This document shows, piece after piece, positions 27,890-38,296 of a DNA stretch of 64,000 bases (position 1 is its first letter; every line of letters begins with the position of its first letter). The notes under the pieces are model-generated. The model had not been told where the DNA came from and made no database searches. It worked only from the letters and a program-made list of their open reading frames with translations. The stretch is from Dehalococcoidia bacterium (GTDB lineage Bacteria > Chloroflexota > Dehalococcoidia > GIF9 > UBA5629): contig JBEKIW010000003.1 in the NCBI GenBank assembly GCA_050011565.1, forward strand, positions 224,001-288,000, read 5' to 3'. The translations under genes were made by a program, and so were the position numbers.

Positions 27890-28366
27890 ATGATTAGAGA
27901 GCTTTCCTACGTAGATATAGACTGCATTTATGACATCATAAACTCGGCCGCTGGCGCCTACAAGGGCATCATACCATCAGGCTGCTACCACGAGCCGTAT
28001 ATGCCGAAGGAAGAGCTGCAAAGGGAAATGAAGAGCATGACTTTCTTCGGCTGGGAAGAGGGGCGCAAATTGGTCGGTGTTATGGGATTTCAGCCGGTTA
28101 AAGATGTGACGCTTATCAGGCATGCTTATGTATTACCTGACCGGCAGGGTAAGGGCGTCGGCACCAAGCTTCTCGACCACCTGAAGCAGATGACCAGGAG
28201 CAGCCAGTTGCTGGTGGGTACCTGGGCAGATGCTACGTGGGCGGTAGAATTCTATCAAAAGCAGGGCTTTAAGCTTATGCCCGATAAAGACGAGCTATTG
28301 TTGAGCTACTGGAAGATCCCCCGGCGTCAGATTGAGACCTCGGTGGTTCTGGGTATTGATTTGTAA
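27890..28366 (+). CDS. GNAT acetyltransferase
   Basis: YVLPDRQGKGVGTKLL, AVEFYQKQGF. Confidence 0.9.
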   Translation: MIRELSYVDIDCIYDIINSAAGAYKGIIPSGCYHEPYMPKEELQREMKSMTFFGWEEGRKLVGVMGFQPVKDVTLIRHAYVLPDRQGKGVGTKLLDHLKQMTRSSQLLVGTWADATWAVEFYQKQGFKLMPDKDELLLSYWKIPRRQIETSVVLGIDL

Positions 28367-28421
28367 AACCCTGCCATTTGAAAAACGAAATACTTCTGGC
28401 TATATTAAGCTTTAGATATGG

Positions 28422-28859
28422 TTATGCTAATAATTGCTGGACAATCTCCGCAGCATCGCGGACAAATTTAGTGCAAAGGGTATCGCGGAGCTTCTTATCC
28501 ACAAATGTCTTCTGGCCTTCCGGCATGCTTAAATCACACCCGAGCAACTCCCGGCATACAATTGACCCGTTAAGAGACTTAAACCTGCCCACAAACTCCC
28601 TAACCAACCGGTTAGTCTTTTCATGTGATTTTGTATCTTGAATCGTCGTCCGACCATATTTAAGGCCTATGACCATAAAGGCTCCGGTCACCGCCCCGCA
28701 TGTCTCGCCCATTCGACCCATTCCCCCACCAAACGCGGCACTGACCTTTAAGGCAGTTTCGCGGTCCATACCGAACCGTCCGGCGTAAGCAGTAAGTAAT
28801 GCCTGAGAGCACATAAATCCTTCATTGAAGCAAGAAACGGCTTTTTCAACTTCACTCAT
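28422..28859 (-). CDS. C-GCAxxG-C-C family putative redox protein
   Basis: FMCSQ, FGGGMG...TCGAVTG, SIVCRELLG, C. Confidence 0.9.
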   Translation of the reverse strand: MSEVEKAVSCFNEGFMCSQALLTAYAGRFGMDRETALKVSAAFGGGMGRMGETCGAVTGAFMVIGLKYGRTTIQDTKSHEKTNRLVREFVGRFKSLNGSIVCRELLGCDLSMPEGQKTFVDKKLRDTLCTKFVRDAAEIVQQLLA

Positions 28860-28893
28860 GTTTCAATTCCTCCCAGACATTTTTATTAGCTCG

Positions 28894-29811
28894 CTATCGG
28901 CGCTTACCCCGCTTTTTAGGCGGTATCCTGGCTTCGCAGGGTACCTTGGTCTGGCATAGCCCGCAACCCAGATAGCGACCGATATAGCCGTCTTCTCTGC
29001 CTAACTCCTTGACTATCTCTTTCTGCCTGGTAAACAAGAACTCCAGGCACTTGTTCTTGTCGTGCCCCTGCTCGCTGATAGCACCGGCTGGACATCGCTC
29101 GGCACAACGTCTACATGACCCATCACGGTAAAAGAGGCAGTTGGCTAAATGGTCCTTGTATACCCTTAGGCTGGGTGGGATTCTGGCGTCGGTCACCACA
29201 CTGCCACAGCGCATAGCCATTCCCCTCGGTGTAATGAAGCCATCGTTCAGGCTAAAGGTCCCCAGGCCGGCAGCGTAGGCGATATGCCTCTGTGACCAGT
29301 TGGATACATAACCGCCGGGCAGGTTCTTCAATTTAAAGAAACCAGCCAGTTCCGGCGCTACAGCCATATAGCCCATACCCTCCAGTAGTGATATCAAATA
29401 ACGTGATAGTTCATCGATGAGGTGCTGACCGTGCCAGCGGGTGTGGTTCCACCTGAGTGATGGAATCATTGTTTCCTTGCGTAAGCTCAGCCGAGTCTCA
29501 TACGTAACCGGCAAGACAAAAGAGATTACGCTCACTTCGGACGAACGCTTCTGAATGCCCTCTTTGGACTCGAGGTACTTTTCTAAGACCTCACGTGGAG
29601 TAAGGTGGAAATCACCTATTATCGTTTTATAGTCTCGAAATATAGCGTCATCGCCATCGGCAAAACCAACCAACGGCTCATCGAAGATGCATCCGTCGTC
29701 GAAGGACTCAAGCCGGTTTGCCGGGTTTTTCGCCACATACTCTTTAATTGCCTTTTCCAGAAAGGCAGCCGCATTCTCCTCGGATAGCACTCGATTCAAT
29801 TTACTCACCAC
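28894..29811 (-). CDS. QueG/epoxyqueuosine-reductase-like Fe-S protein
   Basis: SNWSQRHIAYAAGLG, CRRCAERCP, CGLCQTKVPC. Confidence 0.8.
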   Translation of the reverse strand: MVSKLNRVLSEENAAAFLEKAIKEYVAKNPANRLESFDDGCIFDEPLVGFADGDDAIFRDYKTIIGDFHLTPREVLEKYLESKEGIQKRSSEVSVISFVLPVTYETRLSLRKETMIPSLRWNHTRWHGQHLIDELSRYLISLLEGMGYMAVAPELAGFFKLKNLPGGYVSNWSQRHIAYAAGLGTFSLNDGFITPRGMAMRCGSVVTDARIPPSLRVYKDHLANCLFYRDGSCRRCAERCPAGAISEQGHDKNKCLEFLFTRQKEIVKELGREDGYIGRYLGCGLCQTKVPCEARIPPKKRGKRR

Positions 29812-30772
29812 TGAAGAGCCTCCGGGGGTTTCCCACCATCAGGGTATTAATCTTGTCCTCGCTGACTCCAGCCTCTCTCAGCGCCGGGATGATGTTATTG
29901 AAAACGTGGACGTAAGACCAGTTAGCCAGAAGCGGTTTGGCAGCATCTGAAAATTCGAAGGGGCGGCCCAGCCGGTAGGCCCAGCAATCTTGAGACAGCA
30001 TAATTCTATCAGCGTGGCCGATCCCAATCAGACCAATAAGGCAAGCCTTCCTCAATTTGTCCGGGAAAAGAATGTCAATACCTAACCGGTCGAAGGCTAT
30101 ATTCACTCCTTTTTCCAGAACGGAGAGATGATAGTTCAGGTCGGCATTGCCGCACATGTGCCCGATAACTACACGCTTGGGGTCGGCACCTTCGGAGATA
30201 AGCAGGTCAGCCTGCTCCGGCCCCATGGTTCCGGATTCGGTGTGGGTGATAATAGGCACGCCCGTTTCCTTCTGTGCCCTGGCTGCTGCCTTAAGTACCT
30301 TCTCCTCATAAGAACTTATCCTGGCATGCCCCGTGGCTACCTTGATGACACCGGCTTTAACCCCGGTATTGCCTATGCCCTGCGTAATCTCCTTAACAAG
30401 TGTCTCGCACAATTCAGTGGTGATATCATACGCCAGACTGCGAAACTTGAAATAGCCGGCCTTCCCGTATTTCTCCGTGTAAAAACCCGTAGCGCAGATA
30501 ATATTGACACCCAGTTTCTCGGACACAATCTTCTGCAACTCTACATCCCTGCCCATGTCAGTGGCGGTAGCATCAACCAGCGTCTTCAAGCCGTAGCCCT
30601 TGGCTTCCCTCAAAGCCTCCACACAAGCCGCAGCGGCTGCTTCCCGGTCATAGGGCGGAGCCAGCGCATCACAATCCCACCCCAGATAAGCAAAAACTAG
30701 ATGCTCGTGCATCAGGGTCACGCCCAGCTCGTCTGCGGAAACCGGACCCAGTACCGTGTTAATTTTAGCCAT
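29801..30772 (-). CDS. Phosphotriesterase-related amidohydrolase/lactonase
   Basis: INTVLG, TLMHEH, AGVIK, ITHT, IGH, LSQD, NPRR. Confidence 0.92.
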   Translation of the reverse strand: MAKINTVLGPVSADELGVTLMHEHLVFAYLGWDCDALAPPYDREAAAAACVEALREAKGYGLKTLVDATATDMGRDVELQKIVSEKLGVNIICATGFYTEKYGKAGYFKFRSLAYDITTELCETLVKEITQGIGNTGVKAGVIKVATGHARISSYEEKVLKAAARAQKETGVPIITHTESGTMGPEQADLLISEGADPKRVVIGHMCGNADLNYHLSVLEKGVNIAFDRLGIDILFPDKLRKACLIGLIGIGHADRIMLSQDCWAYRLGRPFEFSDAAKPLLANWSYVHVFNNIIPALREAGVSEDKINTLMVGNPRRLFSGE

Positions 30773-31007
30773 GAAATTACCTCTTTTTCTTGCGTTTGCG
30801 CCGGAATAGCTGCGGGGCTTCAAACATTGACGCTAAATTATATCAATTACTGAAGCAGCGCGGTAATTATTAATTTGAACAGCTTCGATCTACTTATTTT
30901 GACAGCATGAACCCCGTAGCTAAACCTTTCCAGACTCGCCACCGTTATAAGAGGATGGGAGCGGTATTCGACCTGGTGTTTAATTAATAAAAGGGGGTGA
31001 ATTCAAA

Positions 31008-31901
31008 ATGGCAATCTCCAGAGGCAGTTTATTTGCAGTTGTGGCGGTGTTGGCTATGGCTGCCATTTTAGGCAGCGCTTGCGCGGCTCCGGCACCACCA
31101 CCAGTGCCACCACCAGTGCCCGAACCTAACCAGTCGCCCGTAATTTCAAAAGTAACCGCTAGCCCGGCGGAGGTAGTCTCTGGAGACAGCACGACTATCA
31201 TCGCTGCTGCTGCTGACCCTGATGATGACCCACTTACCTATAGCTGGTCAGCTAGTGAGGGCACTATCACCGGTACGGGCAGTCAGGTCACCTGGGTCGC
31301 GCCAAACAATAGCGGGAGTTTTAACATAGGCGTGACTGTCAAGGATAATCGGGGCGGTCAGACGACAGGCAGCGTGACAGTTACTGTTTCACCACCTACA
31401 AAAACAGTAACCCTCAATCCCGTTGCTTCAGAAACCGGCACCGTATACCAGAACAATGCCACTGACTATTCACGTACCATGGCTGGAGACAACGCTCAGA
31501 ATGTCGGCTGTCGCGCTTGCTGGAGCTTCGATATTTCCAGCCTCGCCCACAAAGATATACAGAATGCCAGCTTGAAATTCACCACCGGGCGTATAGTTGG
31601 CGACCCATTCTCCTACATGCCCTCATCAGGATTTGGCGGACTATGGCTGTGGCAAGACACCTACGGTTCCGGTATGCTGCCAGTTTTCGGCTATGTCGGT
31701 GCCAAGTTGATGAACACCGGACTCATATATGAGCCGCCGTCTGTCGTAGATGTCACCATAGAGGTAAAACTACCTTCTAATTTCGGGAATGATCGCTTTC
31801 AGGTTGAAGCCCTGTTCAATAAAGTAAGCAACGGTGACAATGCCGCCGAATACATTGAATGGTCCTCCGTTGTCCTCGAGGTAACCTACGCAGTCGAGTA
31901 A
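31008..31901 (+). CDS. PKD/Ig-like domain lipoprotein
   Basis: GSAC lipobox, Pro-rich linker, NQSPVI...DPDDDPLTYSW...VKDNRGG. Confidence 0.8.
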   Translation: MAISRGSLFAVVAVLAMAAILGSACAAPAPPPVPPPVPEPNQSPVISKVTASPAEVVSGDSTTIIAAAADPDDDPLTYSWSASEGTITGTGSQVTWVAPNNSGSFNIGVTVKDNRGGQTTGSVTVTVSPPTKTVTLNPVASETGTVYQNNATDYSRTMAGDNAQNVGCRACWSFDISSLAHKDIQNASLKFTTGRIVGDPFSYMPSSGFGGLWLWQDTYGSGMLPVFGYVGAKLMNTGLIYEPPSVVDVTIEVKLPSNFGNDRFQVEALFNKVSNGDNAAEYIEWSSVVLEVTYAVE

Positions 31902-31950
31902 CCTAGCTGCCGAATAGATATATTAATTGGCTTCGGTACTGTTAAATAAT

Positions 31951-31980
31951 TAGCTGCCCCCTAGAAATAGCGGGCAGCTA
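31951..31980. terminator. Hairpin terminator between convergent genes
   Basis: tagctgccc...gggcagcta inverted repeat. Confidence 0.55.
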
Positions 31981-32001
31981 TAATCTTAATAACCTGTTTA
32001 G

Positions 32002-33129
32002 TTACCACTGCACGAACATCGGCATGACGACGTGGATGTAGTTGTCAGTGCCAACGGGGCGGAGCACACCGGGGCTGGAGGAAGTAGTAGTTTCCAGAGC
32101 CACCTGCTTCTCGTCGAGTACGGACAATACATCCGAGAGGTATTTGGCATTAAAGGCAATCTTGGCCGCCTCACCGTCAATTAAGGCGTCAATCTCACCC
32201 ATGTTATCTCCTACTTCTTCAGCGCGGGCTGAGATATTCATTTTACCCGGTGTAAGCTCGACTCCGGGGCTTACCACCAGGCGGACAATGCCGCTGCCGT
32301 CACGTGCAAAAATGGAGGCCATCTTTATAGCACGTAAAAACTCCGCCACATCGACAACCGCCCGTGTAACGTAGCTCTGCGGTATGAGCTGCGAGTAGTT
32401 GGGGAATGCGCCCTGTATAAGCTGCGATACCATCTCAATGTTCTTGAGCTTGAACAAAATCTGGCTTTTTTGCTGGTTAACCGTAATTTCCACCGGTTCT
32501 TCCTGGTCGGTTAGAAATCGGCCTAATTCGTTCAATGCCCGCGCCGGAACAATTATGGCGGTTTTATTCTTGACCGGCGATAGCAGAGAGGTATTATGTA
32601 CCGCCAACCTGAAGCCATCGGCTGCTGCCATAGCCAGCTTATCTCCGTCAAATTCCAGCTGAATGCCGGTAAGTACCGGTCGTGACTCCTCAGCGGCCGC
32701 GGCAAAGGTAACCTGGTTAATCCCATCCTTCAGTGCCTCGATTTCAATTTTGGTAGCCAGGCCGTCAGCAACCTGGGGAATGGGCGGAAAATCTTGAGCA
32801 TCGAGGCCGTTGATTCTAGCCTCAAAACGAGCACATTTAAGTTGAAGGGTTCGTTGTGTAAGTGCAATGTCAATTTTATCGTTGGGGAGAGAGCTGATGA
32901 ATTCGGTCAAAAGTCGGGCGGGTATGGTGATGGCGCCTTCTTCTTCTATTTTGGCGCCAAGCCAGCAGCTAATAGCTATCTCCAGATTGGTGGCGGCTAG
33001 CTTAAGGCGAGACTGGTCAGTGGCTATCAAGACATTCTGAGTAATAGGCAGGGTACTTCTAGTGGCTACAGCCCGACTAACTATGCCTAAACCTTTACTC
33101 AGGTTTTCTTGAAGGCAGGATAGTTTCAT
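32002..33129 (-). CDS. dnaN: DNA polymerase III beta clamp
   Basis: ATNLEI, RPVLTG, AADGFRLA, GAFPNY, FNAKYL, VVMPM. Confidence 0.98.
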   Translation of the reverse strand: MKLSCLQENLSKGLGIVSRAVATRSTLPITQNVLIATDQSRLKLAATNLEIAISCWLGAKIEEEGAITIPARLLTEFISSLPNDKIDIALTQRTLQLKCARFEARINGLDAQDFPPIPQVADGLATKIEIEALKDGINQVTFAAAAEESRPVLTGIQLEFDGDKLAMAAADGFRLAVHNTSLLSPVKNKTAIIVPARALNELGRFLTDQEEPVEITVNQQKSQILFKLKNIEMVSQLIQGAFPNYSQLIPQSYVTRAVVDVAEFLRAIKMASIFARDGSGIVRLVVSPGVELTPGKMNISARAEEVGDNMGEIDALIDGEAAKIAFNAKYLSDVLSVLDEKQVALETTTSSSPGVLRPVGTDNYIHVVMPMFVQW

Positions 33130-33306
33130 GTCACACCCCCCAACAGTTGTAGTGTCAAAGTATACGCCGCCCGCAGGGTCAAGTCAATCGGTTTGGCCAT
33201 TGTACATTGATTAATTTGGATTTGTTTGGGATTTCGGATTTAGTGCTTAGTTTTTTGATGAGATTGCCACGTCCTTCAGCGGAAGGGCTCGCAATGACAT
33301 AAAGAT

Positions 33307-33765
33307 CTATTCAAGCCTGATTGTACCGCTTTTACCGCCGCTTTTCCTGACCAGGCGGATGTTGTCCAGGCGCAAAGTCTGGTCTACCGTTTTGCACATA
33401 TCGTATATAGTCAGCCCGCTAACGGCGACGGCAGTTAAGGCTTCCATCTCAAATCCCGTCTTGCCGCTGCCCTTTACCGTTGCCGTGATTTCCACCGCCG
33501 AGGCTTTATCATCTAAAGAGAATTCAATATTTACGTCTTCGATAAGCAGCGGATGGCACAGCGGTATGAGCCGATGAGTTTCTTTAGCCGCCATGATGCC
33601 GGCAACACGCGCTGCCGCCAGAACGTCACCTTTGGGCAACTTACCCTTTTTAAGCAAACTCAAAGTTGCCGCCTGCATCAATACCTTTCCTCTGGCTACC
33701 GCCTGTCTGGAGGTAATCGGCTTTCCCCCGACATCTACCATCCGAATATCCGAAGATGAACTCAT
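33307..33765 (-). CDS. moaC: Cyclic pyranopterin monophosphate synthase
   Basis: MVDV, KGDVL, LIPLCHPL, TGFEMEAL, YDMCK, KSGGKSG. Confidence 0.97.
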   Translation of the reverse strand: MSSSSDIRMVDVGGKPITSRQAVARGKVLMQAATLSLLKKGKLPKGDVLAAARVAGIMAAKETHRLIPLCHPLLIEDVNIEFSLDDKASAVEITATVKGSGKTGFEMEALTAVAVSGLTIYDMCKTVDQTLRLDNIRLVRKSGGKSGTIRLE

Positions 33766-33766
33766 A

Positions 33767-34783
33767 TCAACCTCCCACCTGTGACATTAAACGTTTTTTG
33801 GAAGCTCTGCCCTGGGATAGTTCATGCTTCTGCGGCTTCTCTTGAATAGCCTCGGTGATGACTTTTTTCAGCTCCCGGGGTGAGGCCCCGCTACGCACCG
33901 GCTGGCGGAGGTCAATTTCACGGTCACTGAGCAGGCAGGGACGGAGCTTGCCTTCGGCAGTAAGACGGAGGCGATTACAACTAAAGCAAAAGTGCTGGCT
34001 GACCGGCGCGATGAAGCCAATGGTACCTCTGGCTTGCGGAAGGCGGAAGTATTTGGCCGGACCGTTTCCCGTTATGGGCAGGCTGGGCTCCAGCTTCCCC
34101 AAGATTTGGAGACGTTCTTTAATTTCGTCAACCGAGACGAAGGCAGGATGAAGGTTAGCTTTGTCTCCTATCGAATGACCGTCAGGAGGGTTATCGATGG
34201 CAAATGGCATTAATTCGATAAAACGTACGTGCCAGCCTTCAGCTGTAGTTAATCTGGCAAAATCCATAACCTCATCATCATTTATACCTCGCATTACCAC
34301 CATATTGACCTTGACTGGATTCAGCCCGCAGGCCTTAGCCGCCTCAATGCCCTGCAGCACATCGCTCAGCCTATCCTGACGGGTGATGCGCTCGAACTTG
34401 GCTCGACTTAAAGAGTCCAGGCTGACATTTACCCGTTTTAAACCGGCCCGTTTAAGCTCAGCCGCATACTGCTTAAGCAGAACCCCATTGGTAGTCAGTG
34501 AGATATCATCGATGCCGTCAATTCCAGCCAGCATGGCCACCAGTTCACTCAGCCTGGCTCTGACCAGCGGCTCACCGCCGGTAAGCCTGACTTTATTAAT
34601 GCCAAGCTCTGCAGCCAGACCGGCAACTCTGGCAATCTCCTCATAAGTCAGGACCTCTCCTTGAGGCAGCAGGGCAATGCCTTCTGGCGGCAGGCAGTAG
34701 ATGCAGCGCAGGTTGCAGCGGTCGGTCACCGAGATACGGAGGTAGTTTATGGGACGGTTGAAAGGGTCGGAAAGACCGGTCAT
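33767..34783 (-). CDS. moaA: GTP 3',8-cyclase
   Basis: YLRISVTDRCNLRCIYC, FCFSCNRLRLT, C-terminal MSQVGG. Confidence 0.98.
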   Translation of the reverse strand: MTGLSDPFNRPINYLRISVTDRCNLRCIYCLPPEGIALLPQGEVLTYEEIARVAGLAAELGINKVRLTGGEPLVRARLSELVAMLAGIDGIDDISLTTNGVLLKQYAAELKRAGLKRVNVSLDSLSRAKFERITRQDRLSDVLQGIEAAKACGLNPVKVNMVVMRGINDDEVMDFARLTTAEGWHVRFIELMPFAIDNPPDGHSIGDKANLHPAFVSVDEIKERLQILGKLEPSLPITGNGPAKYFRLPQARGTIGFIAPVSQHFCFSCNRLRLTAEGKLRPCLLSDREIDLRQPVRSGASPRELKKVITEAIQEKPQKHELSQGRASKKRLMSQVGG

Positions 34784-35388
34784 AGCTTCACTTTTTCTGC
34801 GAGTTGCCCAAGTATGCGATATGCCTCACGGGCCGCTTTGCCACGGTGACTGATTTGATTTTTTATGTCTAAGGGCAGCTCGGCCATAGTTTTCTTATAA
34901 TCAGAAAGATAAAAAACCGGGTCATAGCCGAACCCGTTTTCACCTCTGGGTTCCAAAGTAATTAAGCCCGGACATTCTCCATGACACAGCTCTATTCTTC
35001 CCTCGGGAGTCGCTATGGCGATAACACATTTGAAATGGGCAGTCCGATTCTCTAAAGGTACCCCCTTCAACCTCGCCAGAAGATGTTCAATCCTGTCTTT
35101 ATCGCCGGCTGCTTCTCCGGCAGCGCGAGCCGACCGGATACCCGGCTCGCCACCCAGGACATCAACTTCCAGCCCGGAATCGTCAGCCAGTGTAATGACG
35201 CGACTCGCCTTGGCGTAAGCGTTAGCTTTTACGCTGGCGTTCTCCTCGTAGCTGAGACAGTTCTCCTCCACAGCTATGTCCATACCTTCCTCATCCGGTG
35301 TCACCAGTTCGAATGGCAGACCGCTCAGTAGACTTCGATATTCGCGGATTTTTCCCCGGTTAGTGGTCGCCAGTAACAGCTTGGTCAT
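34780..35388 (-). CDS. rdgB: XTP/dITP diphosphatase (HAM1)
   Basis: LATTNRGK, ADDSGL, GFGYDP, KNQISHRG. Confidence 0.95.
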   Translation of the reverse strand: MTKLLLATTNRGKIREYRSLLSGLPFELVTPDEEGMDIAVEENCLSYEENASVKANAYAKASRVITLADDSGLEVDVLGGEPGIRSARAAGEAAGDKDRIEHLLARLKGVPLENRTAHFKCVIAIATPEGRIELCHGECPGLITLEPRGENGFGYDPVFYLSDYKKTMAELPLDIKNQISHRGKAAREAYRILGQLAEKVKL

Positions 35389-35451
35389 TTTCTTAATAGC
35401 AACTTATTCCTCTCCCCTCTAGGGAGAGGTTAGGTGAGGAGGGTTCCGCTT

Positions 35452-36546
35452 CTAAACCTTCTTGAATCTTCCCTTAAGCTTCTTCATCACCTCGGGCATG
35501 GTAGTATATTCCATCTCGTCCAGTGGCAGGCGATGGGGTTCAAAAGGCCCGTGATGCCGTAGTATATCAGCAATGATATTGGCTTCTGCGCGGGCATTGT
35601 CGAAAGCCGGGTCATCGAACATATCGCGAGGTCCAATCAGCATGCCTCTGGCAAGCTGAAAACCGGCGGCAATAACTCTGGGCGGACCATCAAAACGTGA
35701 GGGGTTACTATCCCTAACGGCTACCGGCATCAATGGACCGTTATGTGAACCTCTCATCCAGCCTTCCACGATGTGCGGGTGGGCAAAAGGCTCCAATATC
35801 TCGCCTACGGCGGGGAAGTGACCCTGGGAGCGGACGATGCACACCGGGTCGTCTTTGCCGACGTATCGGCCAGCCATACGGGAGAGTCTCTGTGTCGACG
35901 AGGCCGCTGCTATTTGGCCGCTCTCCCGGTGGTATACATTTTTAACAGCAAATCGGCTGGGCGCACCTATAAAAACCAGCATATCGTAGATTTCCTCAGG
36001 TGTATTAAATACTATCTTCTTGCTATCCTTAACATCATGGACCTCGAAAGAAAAACCGCCATGCATATTTGCAGCGATGACCAGGCCGATGGTGTTAAAC
36101 GGGTCGGCGAAGATTTTGTATAGCGGCAGGTTCCAGGCACCTGAGGCTGTTTTGTCCGCCATGAAAATGATAATCGTCTCGGCCTCTCGTTCCTCAATTT
36201 CCATCTCAGCCACCCCGGGCCCCATACCCTTTACGTTTCCCGAAAAGGCGTCAGCCAGCAAGTCTTGACCGGCACCATGCAGCTTAAGCTTCTTGGCTAT
36301 TTTGGTGCAGTCGACGAAGGTATCCCACGCCAGCTTGTGTACCTTCTCGCTATCCTCTCCATGCCGGTGCGTCATGATTAGCTGGAGGTCGTCACCGCAA
36401 CGGGTAACATGATAGTCCATCAGGAACCCGGACTTCTTAGCCGCTGCCATACATTTTTCAGCTTTGTCCAGCACCTCCGGATGCGAGCTGGAGTGGCCCA
36501 CATAGCCGCCGATGTCAGCCTTGATCACGCTTAAAGTTAGCTTCAT
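35452..36546 (-). CDS. fbp: Bifunctional fructose-1,6-bisphosphate aldolase/phosphatase (class V)
   Basis: SVIKADIGG..GH, GAGQDLL, YVGKDDP, GWMRGSH, FEPHRLP..MEYTT. Confidence 0.96.
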   Translation of the reverse strand: MKLTLSVIKADIGGYVGHSSSHPEVLDKAEKCMAAAKKSGFLMDYHVTRCGDDLQLIMTHRHGEDSEKVHKLAWDTFVDCTKIAKKLKLHGAGQDLLADAFSGNVKGMGPGVAEMEIEEREAETIIIFMADKTASGAWNLPLYKIFADPFNTIGLVIAANMHGGFSFEVHDVKDSKKIVFNTPEEIYDMLVFIGAPSRFAVKNVYHRESGQIAAASSTQRLSRMAGRYVGKDDPVCIVRSQGHFPAVGEILEPFAHPHIVEGWMRGSHNGPLMPVAVRDSNPSRFDGPPRVIAAGFQLARGMLIGPRDMFDDPAFDNARAEANIIADILRHHGPFEPHRLPLDEMEYTTMPEVMKKLKGRFKKV

Positions 36547-36616
36547 TTTGCCCCCTTTTTATTTTTAATTTGCCATTTTGCATTTTGATATTTTATTTTT
36601 GACTTTTAAGTTATCT

Positions 36617-38284
36617 TTACACCAGTGCCGGCAGCCGGTATTCCCCAAACGCTTTCCGCAGCACGCCGCAGACTTCACCCAGAGTTGCATAGGCGTTTAC
36701 CGCTTCAAGAAGATAGGGCATCAGATTTTCATTGCCCTGGGCAGCCTGTTTTAGCGCCTCCAGCTTTACCGAAACCAGTTCATTATCCCTCTCGCGGCGC
36801 AATCTGCTGAGCCGCTCCAGCTGCCGTTTCTCGCCCTCTTTATCCATCTCCAGAATTGGAATCGTTACCGGCTCATCAGTGGCATATTCATTGACGCCGA
36901 CAACGATACGCTTTTTATTTTCTATTTCTTTTTGGTAGCGATAAGCCGAGTCAGAGATTTCTCTATGAAAGAAGCCGGCTTCGATAGCTGGTATAACGCC
37001 GCCTAAAGAATCTATTTTGGCAAAATACTCATATACTGTCTTCTCCGTCTTATTGGTCAGGCATTCAATGAAATAGCTGCCGCCAAGCGGGTCAATAGTA
37101 TTAGCCACTCCGCTTTCGTGGGCGATAATTTGCTGAGTACGCAGAGCAATGGTCACCGCTCTTTCCGAAGGTAATGCCAGTGCTTCGTCCATAGAGTTGG
37201 TATGCAGCGATTGTGTCCCGCCTAGAGCCGCAGCCAGTGCCTGAATAGTGGTACGGACGATGTTGTTCTCGGGCTGCTGGGCACTGAGTGAGCAGCCTGC
37301 CGTCTGAGTATGAAAGCGAAGCCATTGGGAGCGTTCACCGCCGTTAAACCGCTCTTTCATTTCCCGCGCCCAGATGCGGCGGGCGGCACGGAACTTGGCT
37401 ATCTCCTCAAAGAAATCATTATGGCAATTAAAGAAGAAGCTGAGCCTGGGAGCAAAATCATCTACCTTTAGTCCGCGGTCGATGCCCGCCTGAACATATG
37501 CCAGACCATCGGCCAGGGTGAAAGCTAGCTCCTGAACGGCAGTGGCGCCGGCTTCACGTATATGGTAGCCGCTGATGCTGACGGTATTCCAGCGCGGCAC
37601 CTTTTTCATGCCATATTCGAAAGTGTCAACGATAAGACGCATAGAAGGCTTGGGCGGGAAGATAAAAGCGTTCTGAGCCATATATTCTTTAAGAATGTCA
37701 TTCTGTATGGTGCCGCCAAGTTTATCCAGCGGAACTCCTCGTCTCTGGGCATTAGCCAGATACATAGCCCAGATAACCGCTGCCGGCCCGTTTATGGTCA
37801 TAGAAGTGGTTATCTCATCGACTGGAATGCCGTCGAACAATATCTCCATGTCAGCCAGGGAAGAAACAGCCACGCCGCATTTGCCAAATTCCCCCTTTGC
37901 CTCAGGTGCATCCGAATCGTAGCCGTTTAAAGTGGGGAAGTCGAAGGCAACGCTCAGCCCGGTTTCCCCGTGCTTAAGTAGATACTTGTAGCGGGCATTG
38001 GTCTCTTCGGCACAGCCGAAGCCGGCAAACATGCGCATCGTCCACAGCTTGCCTCTATAGCCGGAATAATGAACGCCGCGGGTATACGGATATTCGCCGG
38101 GAAAGCCAAGGTCCCTCAAAAAGTCTGTGCCAGCAATGTCAATTGGTGTGTAGAGGCGCTCGATAGGAACGCCGGAGGCAGTAACAAAGGAATCCTGTCT
38201 TTCCTCAAAACATTGAGCTCGGGCATGCCACCGGCTGGCTTTTTTCTCTAAATCATCTGATTTTCGCGGCTCCGGTTTACCCAT
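36617..38284 (-). CDS. B12-dependent acyl-CoA mutase large subunit (isobutyryl-CoA-mutase-type residues)
   Basis: [40 protein letters not shown]; no B12-binding domain. Confidence 0.92.
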   Translation of the reverse strand: MGKPEPRKSDDLEKKASRWHARAQCFEERQDSFVTASGVPIERLYTPIDIAGTDFLRDLGFPGEYPYTRGVHYSGYRGKLWTMRMFAGFGCAEETNARYKYLLKHGETGLSVAFDFPTLNGYDSDAPEAKGEFGKCGVAVSSLADMEILFDGIPVDEITTSMTINGPAAVIWAMYLANAQRRGVPLDKLGGTIQNDILKEYMAQNAFIFPPKPSMRLIVDTFEYGMKKVPRWNTVSISGYHIREAGATAVQELAFTLADGLAYVQAGIDRGLKVDDFAPRLSFFFNCHNDFFEEIAKFRAARRIWAREMKERFNGGERSQWLRFHTQTAGCSLSAQQPENNIVRTTIQALAAALGGTQSLHTNSMDEALALPSERAVTIALRTQQIIAHESGVANTIDPLGGSYFIECLTNKTEKTVYEYFAKIDSLGGVIPAIEAGFFHREISDSAYRYQKEIENKKRIVVGVNEYATDEPVTIPILEMDKEGEKRQLERLSRLRRERDNELVSVKLEALKQAAQGNENLMPYLLEAVNAYATLGEVCGVLRKAFGEYRLPALV

Positions 38285-38296
38285 ATTCCTCAACCT

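Noticed and set aside
28894-29811. Respiratory reductive dehalogenase RdhA
   Set aside because: Too short, with no TAT signal and no rdhB anchor gene.
30905-30935. c-di-AMP (ydaO) riboswitch-like GAACCCCGTAGCTAAACC
   Set aside because: Only the 3' motif resembles it; the conserved upstream elements and pairings are missing.
32002-33300. oriC next to dnaN
   Set aside because: No dnaA/recF/gyrB and no DnaA-box cluster nearby.
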